Shown here piece by piece: positions 47,312 through 55,543 of a stretch of 64,000 bases of DNA. A program made the translations under genes and the position numbers. The number at the start of each line of letters is the position of its first letter. Positions within the stretch are counted from its first letter, which is position 1. The notes beneath the pieces were generated by a model. It did no database searches and was not told the DNA's origin. It saw only the letters and a list, made by a program, of their open reading frames with translations. This stretch comes from Acidobacteriota bacterium. Lineage in GTDB: Bacteria; Acidobacteriota; UBA890; WLXD01. The stretch is from positions 6,407-70,406 of the forward strand of contig JAJCXS010000263.1 in assembly GCA_029263335.1 (NCBI GenBank), written 5' to 3'.

Positions 47312-48798
47312 GATGGCGCTGTCACCTGGTGGAGCGATTGTGTCGCCACGCGCACGTCGTCGAAGGGCACGGTGTGGTCGGCGAAGATCTGGACGGTTTC
47401 GTGTCCCTTGCCGGCGATGAGGACGCAGTCGCCGGGTTCGGCACTGCGTATTGCCTGGCGAATGGCGCGTGCTCGATCCAGTTCGATTCGGACGTGGGCC
47501 ATGTCGGCCTCCGCTATGCCGTCCACGATGGCGTCGACGATGGCCTGCGGCGACTCGCCGCGCGGATTGTCCGAGGTGGCGATCGCGAGATCGGCGCCGG
47601 CCGCGACGACCTTACCCATCATCGGCCGCTTGCCGCGATGGCGGTCGCCACCACAGCCGAAGACGACGATCACGCGGCCCGCATCGACGATGCTTCTGGC
47701 CGCCTCGAGGGCCGCCGCAAGAGCGCCTGGCGTGTGGGCGAAGTCGACGAGCACGGAAAACGCCTGGCCTTCATCCACCAGCTGCAGGCGGCCTGGTTCC
47801 CCGGCGAACTCGCCCGCAACCTCGACAACGCGGCCCGCCGAGACGCCGAGCTCGAGCGCGGTGACCGCCGCCGCGGCCAGGTTTTCGGCGTTGGCTCGGC
47901 CGAACAGTGGGGTGGCCATGGTCACCGGTCCGGTCGGCGTTGCCAGAGCCAGCCGAGAGCCGCGCGGCGACGATTCGAAGGCTGTGATGCGATACGCAGC
48001 ATCGGCGTCGCCCTCCCAGCAATAGCCTACGGCGCGCCCCGACGTGCGCGCTGCGAGCTGCGCGCCGCGCGGGTCGGACAGGTTGATAATGGCGGGCGCG
48101 TCGCCCGCGAGGCCTTCGAAGAGGGTGGCCTTGGCGTCGAAGTAGTCCTGCATGTCGGCGTGAAAGTCGAGATGGTCCGGCGACAGGTTGGTGTAGGTTG
48201 CCGACGCGAATCGCGTCTCTGCGGTGCGGTAGAGACGCTGGGCATGTGACGAAACCTCGATGACCACGTCTTCGCAGCCAGCTTCGAGCATTTCGCCGAG
48301 CGCTGCCTGTAGCTCCAGCGCTTCCGGAGTTGTGCGCGGCGTCGGGGCGGAGCGGCCCGCGATGCTCACCTGGGTGGTGCTCCATCGCCCGCTGGGGTGA
48401 GGCCCCTCGAGCATGGCTTCCAGCAGGGCCGTCACCGTGGTCTTGCCGTTGGTTCCGGTGACCGCAGCGACGCGCAGCCGGTGGCTGGGGTTGCCGTACC
48501 AGGCGGCAGCAAGGGTTGCCAGGGTGCGACGGGCGGATACGACCTTGACGGTGGTGAGTACGCCACAGGCCTCTGGCAACAGGTCTGTTTCCGACAGTAC
48601 GGCGACGGCGCCGCGGCTGACAGCCTCGGGCACGAAGTCCAGGCCGTCGTAAACGAAACCCGGGACCGCGACGAAGACGAAGCCCGGTTCGACACGCCGC
48701 GAATCGTAGGCGACGCCCGTTACCGCCACGCCGACATCGCCGGCGACGGTGTACTCGGCTTTGCCGAGTAGTTCGCTCAGCGCTCGTGAGTTCTCCAT
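47308..48798 (-). CDS. murE: UDP-MurNAc-L-Ala-D-Glu--2,6-diaminopimelate ligase
   Basis: Mur ligase (VTGTNGKTTVT). It overlaps murF by 4 bp. Confidence 0.8.
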   Translation of the reverse strand: MENSRALSELLGKAEYTVAGDVGVAVTGVAYDSRRVEPGFVFVAVPGFVYDGLDFVPEAVSRGAVAVLSETDLLPEACGVLTTVKVVSARRTLATLAAAWYGNPSHRLRVAAVTGTNGKTTVTALLEAMLEGPHPSGRWSTTQVSIAGRSAPTPRTTPEALELQAALGEMLEAGCEDVVIEVSSHAQRLYRTAETRFASATYTNLSPDHLDFHADMQDYFDAKATLFEGLAGDAPAIINLSDPRGAQLAARTSGRAVGYCWEGDADAAYRITAFESSPRGSRLALATPTGPVTMATPLFGRANAENLAAAAVTALELGVSAGRVVEVAGEFAGEPGRLQLVDEGQAFSVLVDFAHTPGALAAALEAARSIVDAGRVIVVFGCGGDRHRGKRPMMGKVVAAGADLAIATSDNPRGESPQAIVDAIVDGIAEADMAHVRIELDRARAIRQAIRSAEPGDCVLIAGKGHETVQIFADHTVPFDDVRVATQSLHQVTAPS

Positions 48799-48920
48799 TG
48801 GACCTTTCTACAGTGCGTGCCGCCGTCGCGCGAGCGCAGGCGGAGCCAGAGCATCCATGAGAGCGGTCCTACCAGGACCGCTCGCCGCACGCTCACACTC
48901 GAGTTCCCTGCTAGCCGTTG

Positions 48921-50810
48921 CTAGGGCAGGGGAGATATCTGCTGTGGTGCTGTTCCCAGCCCGTCAGCGACCACGGTCGACGGTGCACTTGCGGCGTCAG
49001 GCGCGAGGCGCAGAATCCGGATTGCCGCTTCAGCAATCGCATGAAAGACGGGCCCGGCCGCCGCACGCCCACCGTGTCCGCCGCGCGAGCCCTTCTGCGG
49101 CTCGTCGATGGCCACGAAGATCACCACGCGCGGATCGCTCACCGGCAAAAACCCACCGAACCCGGCCACGAAGCCGCCGTACTTTCCCGCGTCATTATCG
49201 TACTTCTGCGCCGTTGAGGTTTTGCCGGCCACGCGGTAGCCCGGGATCCTGCCGGTGCTGCCGGTGCCGTCGTCCACGACCGCTTCCATCATCAGGGCGA
49301 CACGCTCGGCGATGCGCGGATCGAGGACTCGATGGCGGACGAGAGAACTGCCCACAGGGGTGCCATCAAAAAGCAGGCGGTCGGTTCGCGTAGCTCCGGA
49401 GCGGTCGCGGACCTCCTGAATGATTCGCGGACGCATGAGCTTGCCGCCATTGGCGATGGCCGCGAGCGCCGCCGTTACCTGCAGCGGAGTGGCGCTGATC
49501 TCCTGGCCGAACGCGATCGTCGGTTGCGTGCGGCGGGACCATGCCGGCGTGCCGGGCCGTGCCAGGTAGCCGCCCACTTCGCCCGGCAGTCCGATCTGGG
49601 TCGGGGTAGTGAAACCGAAGTCGAGCAGCCACTGGCGGTGCTGCGTCGGTTCCATGCGAACGGCGACCTTGGCCGTGCCGACGTTGCTCGAGTGCATCAA
49701 CACTTCGCGTACCGTCAGATGCTGGTAGCCGAGCTTCCAGTCGCGAATGACACCACCGGGGACGGCGAGAAGGCCGCCCTGGCAGTCGATTAGTTCGTCC
49801 TCGGTGACCAATCCTTCATGCAGGGCGGCCGCAACCGTGACCACCTTGAGCACCGAACCCGGCTCGATCGCGTGGGCAACCGCTCGATTGGTCTGGTTGT
49901 CGCGAAAGTTGTCGTGGTCGTTGTCGTTGAGGTCGAAGGTCGGGTAGTTCGCGATGGTAAGGATGTTGCCGGTCACCGGATCCATCGCCACCGCGACACC
50001 GCCCAGGGCCTCACTGTTCGTCACCGCCTCGCGGAGGGATTCCTCGGCGACGTACTGCAGGCCCCAGTCGATCGTGAGCACGACATCATCACCCCGGGTC
50101 GGGTTGTTCATGATCGCGCCGCGGCTGCCAAGCACATTGCGGAATCCGTCCCGAACCGCGTAGTGCGTGCCCTGTTCCCCAGCGATCCAGCGCTCGTAGG
50201 CGCGCTCGACGCCGAAGAGCCCCTCGTTCTCCATGTTCACGGCGCCGATCATCTGCGCCCCGAGGCTCTTGTGCGGATAGAAGCGCTTCGATTCCTTGTG
50301 ATAGTTGATCCCGGCGAGCTCGTGCTCGTCCACCAGGGCGCGCACCGCCATAGTCATCTCGGGGGGGGCCTTGCGCCGCAGGTAGGCGAAGGTGTCGCCC
50401 TGCAGGCGTTTGCGCAGTTCGGCGTTACCCATTTCCAGCGCGGGCGCCAGAATCGCGGCTACGCGATCGGGGTCGTCGATCTCGCCGCGCTGCGCGTAGA
50501 TCGAATCGAGTTCAATGCTGGTGGCTAGCCGCTCGCCTCCGCGCGCGAAAATATCGCCGCGCAGCCCAGCCTGGACAAGCGCCATGGTGCGATTCTGTCG
50601 CGCGCGCTCGACCAGCCGGTCGTGCTCGTAAACCTGGAGCTGTACCAGGCGTCCCACCACAACAGCTCCCCACAGCGAGATCGCGGCGAGCGCAACCAGG
50701 GCGCGGGTTCGTTGGATGCTCCGGGCGGGATTTCGGCGAAGCCTACCGATTACCATCGACGAGCTCCGACGCCAACAGCACGCGCTCGCCAAAGTCGGAT
50801 TCGGGCGCAA
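48921..50810 (-). CDS. ftsI: penicillin-binding protein (FtsI-type transpeptidase)
   Basis: PBP dimerisation plus transpeptidase motifs (…SVLKVVT…, SSN, KTG). The true start may be the internal Met at ~50756. Confidence 0.8.
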   Translation of the reverse strand: MRPNPTLASACCWRRSSSMVIGRLRRNPARSIQRTRALVALAAISLWGAVVVGRLVQLQVYEHDRLVERARQNRTMALVQAGLRGDIFARGGERLATSIELDSIYAQRGEIDDPDRVAAILAPALEMGNAELRKRLQGDTFAYLRRKAPPEMTMAVRALVDEHELAGINYHKESKRFYPHKSLGAQMIGAVNMENEGLFGVERAYERWIAGEQGTHYAVRDGFRNVLGSRGAIMNNPTRGDDVVLTIDWGLQYVAEESLREAVTNSEALGGVAVAMDPVTGNILTIANYPTFDLNDNDHDNFRDNQTNRAVAHAIEPGSVLKVVTVAAALHEGLVTEDELIDCQGGLLAVPGGVIRDWKLGYQHLTVREVLMHSSNVGTAKVAVRMEPTQHRQWLLDFGFTTPTQIGLPGEVGGYLARPGTPAWSRRTQPTIAFGQEISATPLQVTAALAAIANGGKLMRPRIIQEVRDRSGATRTDRLLFDGTPVGSSLVRHRVLDPRIAERVALMMEAVVDDGTGSTGRIPGYRVAGKTSTAQKYDNDAGKYGGFVAGFGGFLPVSDPRVVIFVAIDEPQKGSRGGHGGRAAAGPVFHAIAEAAIRILRLAPDAASAPSTVVADGLGTAPQQISPLP

Positions 50811-51171
50811 GCACCGCCGGCTGAGTGTCGGAAGCTGATAGTCCTGCCAGGCGCTGCGCGCGTTCGGTTAGGCTACGCGGTTCGAGCAAACGCTGTAGAT
50901 CGAGCTCGATGAACTCGCGCTCTTGTTGAATCGCGAGAAGTTCTGATTCGAGGTCGCCGACCCGTTGGCTAGCCTCGAGGCTGTCGGCGCGCTGGGCGGC
51001 GTAGAAGAACGCAGGAACCAGGAGAAGTAGGATGGCCCCAAGAACCTGGGCCAGGTCGGTGAACCGGTGCGGGTCGGTAGCCTTGGTCAAGGGCCGATTC
51101 GCGATCCGGGACACGAGCTGCTCTCCGTATGTTCGAGGGCGACCGGGAAAGGCGGGGGTCTGTGGCTCCAT
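50743..51171 (-). CDS. ftsL: FtsL-like cell division protein
   Basis: Short bitopic protein with TM (LGAILLLLVPAFFYAA) plus coiled coil. Position between rsmH and ftsI. Confidence 0.5.
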   Translation of the reverse strand: MEPQTPAFPGRPRTYGEQLVSRIANRPLTKATDPHRFTDLAQVLGAILLLLVPAFFYAAQRADSLEASQRVGDLESELLAIQQEREFIELDLQRLLEPRSLTERAQRLAGLSASDTQPAVLAPESDFGERVLLASELVDGNR

Positions 51172-51285
51172 GAGCCTTGGGGCGAAAGCTAGCCAGGGTT
51201 GTAAAGGGAGGCATTTCTTACAACGCATGGGTTACTAGCTGGCCATGGAGCCACAGATCCCTGTCCTTCTCGGTGCGGTCCTCCT

Positions 51286-52236
51286 TCAGATCTTCTCGAG
51301 CACGCGGAGCTTGGCGCTCCGTGCGCGGGGATTGGCCGCCACCTCGGCCTCGTCGGCCTGCAGTGGCTTAGAACTCAACAGCTTCACTTCGGCGCGCTTG
51401 TCGCAGACGCAGGTCGGGATCTCGGGCGGACACTCGCAGTTCGAGGCGAGGTAGCGGAAAGCCCGTTTCACGGCGCGATCTTCGAGCGAGTGGAACGCGA
51501 TGATTGCCAGACGACCACCAGGCGCGAGCTGGCGCGCAGTGGCGATGGCGAACTCTTCGATGCCGTCGAGTTCGCGATTGACGGCGATGCGCAATGCCTG
51601 GAAGGTCCGGGTAGCGGGATGGATGCGGCGCGGACCCCGCTGCGGGATGGCCTGCTCGACGAGGTGGGCGAGTTCGCCGGTCGAGGTGATCGGGCCGCTC
51701 TCGCGGGCCACCACGATGGCTCGGGCAATGCGTCCCGCGTGCGGATCCTCACCGTAGTCCCTGATCAGCGCGCGCAGTTCGCCGGCGTCGAGGCGGTTGA
51801 CTAGTTCGGCCGCCGTTCGCCGTTCACGCCGGTCCATGCGCATATCGAGCGGGCCTTCGAGGCGAAACGAGAAGCCGCGGTCGGGATCGTCCAGTTGTAG
51901 CGACGAGACGCCCATGTCCACGAGTACCGCCGAGAGGGGAGCCCATCCGCGGCGCTCGCTCAGCTCGGGCAGGGCCCGGTAGTCGGAGTGGCATAGCTCG
52001 TAGCGGCCGGCCCACCGGGCCAGCTTCAGGTCGGCCAACTCGAGAGCCGCGTCATCGCGGTCCAGACCGACAAGGCGAATATCGGCTCGCTGCGCGAGAA
52101 TTGCGTCGGCGTGGCCGCCGAGGCCGACCGTGGCGTCGACGAACAGGCCGGCCGGGGCGGTTGCGAGGTGCTCCACCACCGTATCGAGCAGCACGGGGCG
52201 GTGTAGATCGTCCGGATTGCGGTGCTGGCGTGCCAT
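51286..52236 (-). CDS. rsmH: 16S rRNA (cytosine1402-N4)-methyltransferase
   Basis: HRPVLLDTVVEHL…DATVGLGGH… Start at MARQHRN. Confidence 0.8.
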   Translation of the reverse strand: MARQHRNPDDLHRPVLLDTVVEHLATAPAGLFVDATVGLGGHADAILAQRADIRLVGLDRDDAALELADLKLARWAGRYELCHSDYRALPELSERRGWAPLSAVLVDMGVSSLQLDDPDRGFSFRLEGPLDMRMDRRERRTAAELVNRLDAGELRALIRDYGEDPHAGRIARAIVVARESGPITSTGELAHLVEQAIPQRGPRRIHPATRTFQALRIAVNRELDGIEEFAIATARQLAPGGRLAIIAFHSLEDRAVKRAFRYLASNCECPPEIPTCVCDKRAEVKLLSSKPLQADEAEVAANPRARSAKLRVLEKI

Positions 52237-52306
52237 CAGGAAATCTCCTTGGCCGACCGGCTGCTGCGTTGCCAGACTCACCGGAATGCTGCGCCCGAGG
52301 ACCATG

Positions 52307-52747
52307 TCAGATACCCATGTCGGCGAGGACCTGCAGGTCGTCCTCGGTCAGCGGCGCGTCGCTCAGACGGCCGCGGAAGATGTCGTGGTTCCACACTTCG
52401 AGGTGCGTCAGCTGACCCATCACCACGACCTCGCCGTCGATGTGGGCGCTCTCGCGCAAGAGCTGGGGCACCAGGAGACGGCCCTGGCGGTCCATCGAAC
52501 CGGCGCCACCGAAGTAGTTCACGCGCGACATGAGTCTCTGGCGCGACGGGTTCATCGACGGGATCCTCTGGAGGCGCTCTTCCATGCGGCTCCACTCAGG
52601 CATCGGGTAGACAAGCACGTTGTCGCCCGTGAAGCTGGTAAGGAAGAGGTCATCACCGTACGTCTCGCGGATGAGGTTCCTGAAGGCGGTAGGAACCTTG
52701 ATTCGGGACTTGGCGTCGACAGTCGCCTGATGATTTCCCCTGAGCAT
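52307..52747 (-). CDS. mraZ: division/cell wall cluster transcriptional regulator MraZ
   Basis: Tandem SpoVT/AbrB-like halves (MLRGNHQATVDAKSRIKVPTAFR…). Confidence 0.8.
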   Translation of the reverse strand: MLRGNHQATVDAKSRIKVPTAFRNLIRETYGDDLFLTSFTGDNVLVYPMPEWSRMEERLQRIPSMNPSRQRLMSRVNYFGGAGSMDRQGRLLVPQLLRESAHIDGEVVVMGQLTHLEVWNHDIFRGRLSDAPLTEDDLQVLADMGI

Positions 52748-52808
52748 CGCTGTTGCGACTCCAAATCAAGGTTTCTACCGCTTTTCAGGTCCGAGTTACC
52801 ACCATCGC

Positions 52809-52827
52809 CCACTTTGGACCACTTGGC
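52809..52827. promoter_or_regulatory. candidate MraZ boxes (direct repeats AAGTGG spaced 10 bp on minus strand)
   Basis: Minus-strand sequence GCCAAGTGGTCCAAAGTGGG lies ~60-80 bp upstream of the mraZ start. MraZ is known to bind GTGG-type direct repeats at its own promoter. Confidence 0.4.
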
Positions 52828-52955
52828 GGACTATAAGGACCCCCGGGAGGAGTGTCAAGTGGGGGCGCGATTCCGTCGGAAAAAGCTGTTTCTGACGACG
52901 AGGGCGCGGTCCTGCGCAGAGTCAGTCAGTTTTCGACAACGGGAGGGGTCGGGTG

Positions 52956-53780
52956 CTAGCGGTAAGCCCCGAGACGCCGAATTCGCTCTTCCATCGGAGG
53001 ATGCGTCGAGAATAGCCCCATCAGGCCGCCAGAGAACGGCTTGACGATGAACATGTGGGCAGTGGTCGGTGAAGCGTTCGTGGGCCTACGGCGTGCAGAG
53101 GATTCGAGCTTTTGCAGCGCGCTCATCAGTCCCTGCGGGTGTCCGACCATCGCCGCACCCGTGGCGTCGGCCTTGTACTCCCGGGTTCTGGAGACGGCCA
53201 TCTGGATCACCATCGCCGCCAATGGCGCGACGATCATCATGGCCAGGGCCGACAACCCGCCTCCATCGCGGTCCCGGCTACCTCCGAACATGGCCGAATA
53301 TCCGATGATGCGGGCCAGCATGGTGACGGCGCCAGCCATTGTTGCCGCCAACGACGAGATGAGGATGTCGCGGTTCTTGATGTGCGCCAGCTCATGGGCC
53401 ACGACGCCCTCGAGCTCCTGTTCGTCCATCATGCCTAGCAGGCCGCTGGTTACGGCGACCGCCGCATGGCTGGGGTTACGACCTGTCGCGAAGGCGTTGG
53501 CACCGTCGTCCGGCAGGACATAGAGCGCGGGTTTCGGCAGGCCGGCGCGGCTCGTCAGCCGTTCGACGATCTCGTGCAGACGCGGGTACTGCGCCGGGTC
53601 GGCAGGTTGAGCCCGATACATCCGCAGGACGATCTTGTCGGAGAACCAGTAGCTGCCGAAATTGAACACCGCGGCGAACACCAGCGCAATGAATAGTCCC
53701 TGGTTGCCGAAGGACGAGCCGATGGCCAAAAACAGGCCCGTCATTGCCCCCAGCAGCAGGGTCGTCTTGAATCCGTTCAT
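52956..53780 (-). CDS. htpX: M48 zinc metalloprotease HtpX
   Basis: HELAHIKNRD plus TM helices. Confidence 0.8.
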   Translation of the reverse strand: MNGFKTTLLLGAMTGLFLAIGSSFGNQGLFIALVFAAVFNFGSYWFSDKIVLRMYRAQPADPAQYPRLHEIVERLTSRAGLPKPALYVLPDDGANAFATGRNPSHAAVAVTSGLLGMMDEQELEGVVAHELAHIKNRDILISSLAATMAGAVTMLARIIGYSAMFGGSRDRDGGGLSALAMMIVAPLAAMVIQMAVSRTREYKADATGAAMVGHPQGLMSALQKLESSARRRPTNASPTTAHMFIVKPFSGGLMGLFSTHPPMEERIRRLGAYR

Positions 53781-53891
53781 CTCTTGAGTGTAGCCTGCCG
53801 CGCAGGCGGCGTCCTGTCCGGTGCCAGGGCGCTCCGCGGCCCGGACGCCGGCCGGGCTGGTTGCCGACAGAGGCGACCGCCAGGCGGGCTG

Positions 53892-54578
53892 CTACGGCAG
53901 CGCGGCGGCGAGGGCCGCCGCAAATACGGCAGCGAATCCTCCGGCGCCGAGCACCAATCCGGGCCGGCCGCGGAAGACAAAGTCGGACACGGCCGCGCCT
54001 AGCGCAGCACCCACAACGGCCAGGGCGGGCTCGCCGGGACCGAGCAAACCGAAACCCACGGCGGCGGCGGACAAGGTGATCGCCAGCGATAGCCCGGCGA
54101 CGACCCCGGGCCCGTTGATGCCGGCCCTGACGGCGGGTCGCAAGGTCAGCATGCGCAGTTTCGCACCCGACCAGCGGCTGCTGCCCGCCCTGCCTGCCCA
54201 GGCGCACGCAGCGCCGGCCAGTCCGCCTGCCAGCCCCGCGTTCCAGTAGGCGGGCGTACTAGCGGCGAAGGCTCCCCATACCACCACCACGCTGGCAGCG
54301 GTCAATGCGACCACGTCGCGCATCCGCAGACGGTGGTTGGGCAATAGCAGACGTCCGGCGCAGGCTGTTAGCGCGACCTGGGTCGTCACCAGCATCGTGG
54401 CGGGCCAGCGTGCAGCCAGGAAGACGAGCGCCAGCACCATCGCGCAGGTTAACGCTGCCCGTTTTCGCAGGAGTCCGATGAGCCACAGCAGCCCGCCGGT
54501 GGCGAGTCCGAATAGTGCCGCTGGCAGGACGCGGGTGATGAGCAGATCAACCATCGAGATTCTGCTCTTCCCGAACAC
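53892..54578 (-). CDS. hypothetical polytopic membrane protein
   Basis: Several hydrophobic helices; no recognised motif. Confidence 0.35.
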   Translation of the reverse strand: MFGKSRISMVDLLITRVLPAALFGLATGGLLWLIGLLRKRAALTCAMVLALVFLAARWPATMLVTTQVALTACAGRLLLPNHRLRMRDVVALTAASVVVVWGAFAASTPAYWNAGLAGGLAGAACAWAGRAGSSRWSGAKLRMLTLRPAVRAGINGPGVVAGLSLAITLSAAAVGFGLLGPGEPALAVVGAALGAAVSDFVFRGRPGLVLGAGGFAAVFAAALAAALP

Positions 54579-55515
54579 GCTGTCGCCACCATTCCAAGGT
54601 GTCCGCCAGGGTACGGGCGAATGGTATCTGCGGCTGCCATCCCAGCTCCGCGGCCGCCAGCGCGTTGCTGCCAGCGAATCGAGGCATGTCGGAAGGACGC
54701 AGGCGTTGCAGATCGGCCTCGACCTCGATGGCCACCGTGGCCGCGTCGAGGAAGGTGGTCAGGACGTGCTGGACCGCCACTGCCTGGCCGCTGCAAAGAT
54801 TGTAAGCGGCGCCGCGGGTGCCGCGGTCGGCCGTGCTGATCAAGCCCTCCACCAGGTCGCGGACATCGGTGAAGTCGCGCTCCGCCGCGAGATTGCCGAC
54901 TCGGATGCGTGGTTCGGCGAGCCCGGCTTCGATGCGAGCGATCTGGCAGGCGAAATCGGCGGTGACGAAGCCGAGTCCCTGACCCGGGCCGCTGAAGTTG
55001 AAAGGGCGGGCGATGACCAGGTCGATATCGTGCGAACCGCAGAACTCGGTGGCCAGGATTTCGGCACACGCCTTACTCGCCGCGTAGGGGCTACGCGGAC
55101 TGCGCGCGTGGTCCTCGGCAACCGGCAGGTCGGCGGCGTCGACGTGTCCATACACCAGGCCGCTCGAGACCAGCACGACGCGCGCCGATGGCGCCGCCGC
55201 CGCTACCGCTTCGAGACAGGCCCCAGTGCCGAGAGTATTGACCTCGTAGACCTTGCGCCGTTGATTCCATGCGTCACCAACCGCGGCCAGCCCCGCCAGG
55301 TGGTAAACCACTTCCGGGGGGTGCGCCGCCATGACTTCGGCCAAACGGTCGGTGTCGCCGATGTCGCCGTAGTCGCTGACGGCATGGAACTCCACGTTGC
55401 CTTCCGCGCTCAGCGTGAAACCGCGTACATCGGTGGCACGGCTGCGCAGGGTGCGCGCGAGGTGCTGGCCGGCGAAGCCTCCGATCCCCGTAATCAGGGC
55501 GCGCGAGTTACCGAT
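54547..55515 (-). CDS. NAD-dependent epimerase/dehydratase family protein (start codon not evident)
   Basis: The frame is open from the TGA at ~55580. Rossmann motif ALITGIGGFAGQHLA is encoded at 55460-55505 and the catalytic YxxxK at SPYAASK. The first ATG/GTG/TTG in frame is the GTG at 55395, downstream of the NAD-binding motif. Confidence 0.5.
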   Translation of the reverse strand: MGNSRALITGIGGFAGQHLARTLRSRATDVRGFTLSAEGNVEFHAVSDYGDIGDTDRLAEVMAAHPPEVVYHLAGLAAVGDAWNQRRKVYEVNTLGTGACLEAVAAAAPSARVVLVSSGLVYGHVDAADLPVAEDHARSPRSPYAASKACAEILATEFCGSHDIDLVIARPFNFSGPGQGLGFVTADFACQIARIEAGLAEPRIRVGNLAAERDFTDVRDLVEGLISTADRGTRGAAYNLCSGQAVAVQHVLTTFLDAATVAIEVEADLQRLRPSDMPRFAGSNALAAAELGWQPQIPFARTLADTLEWWRQRVREEQNLDG

Positions 55516-55543
55516 GGGGGTCTCCCCGCTGAACCATCGAGGA

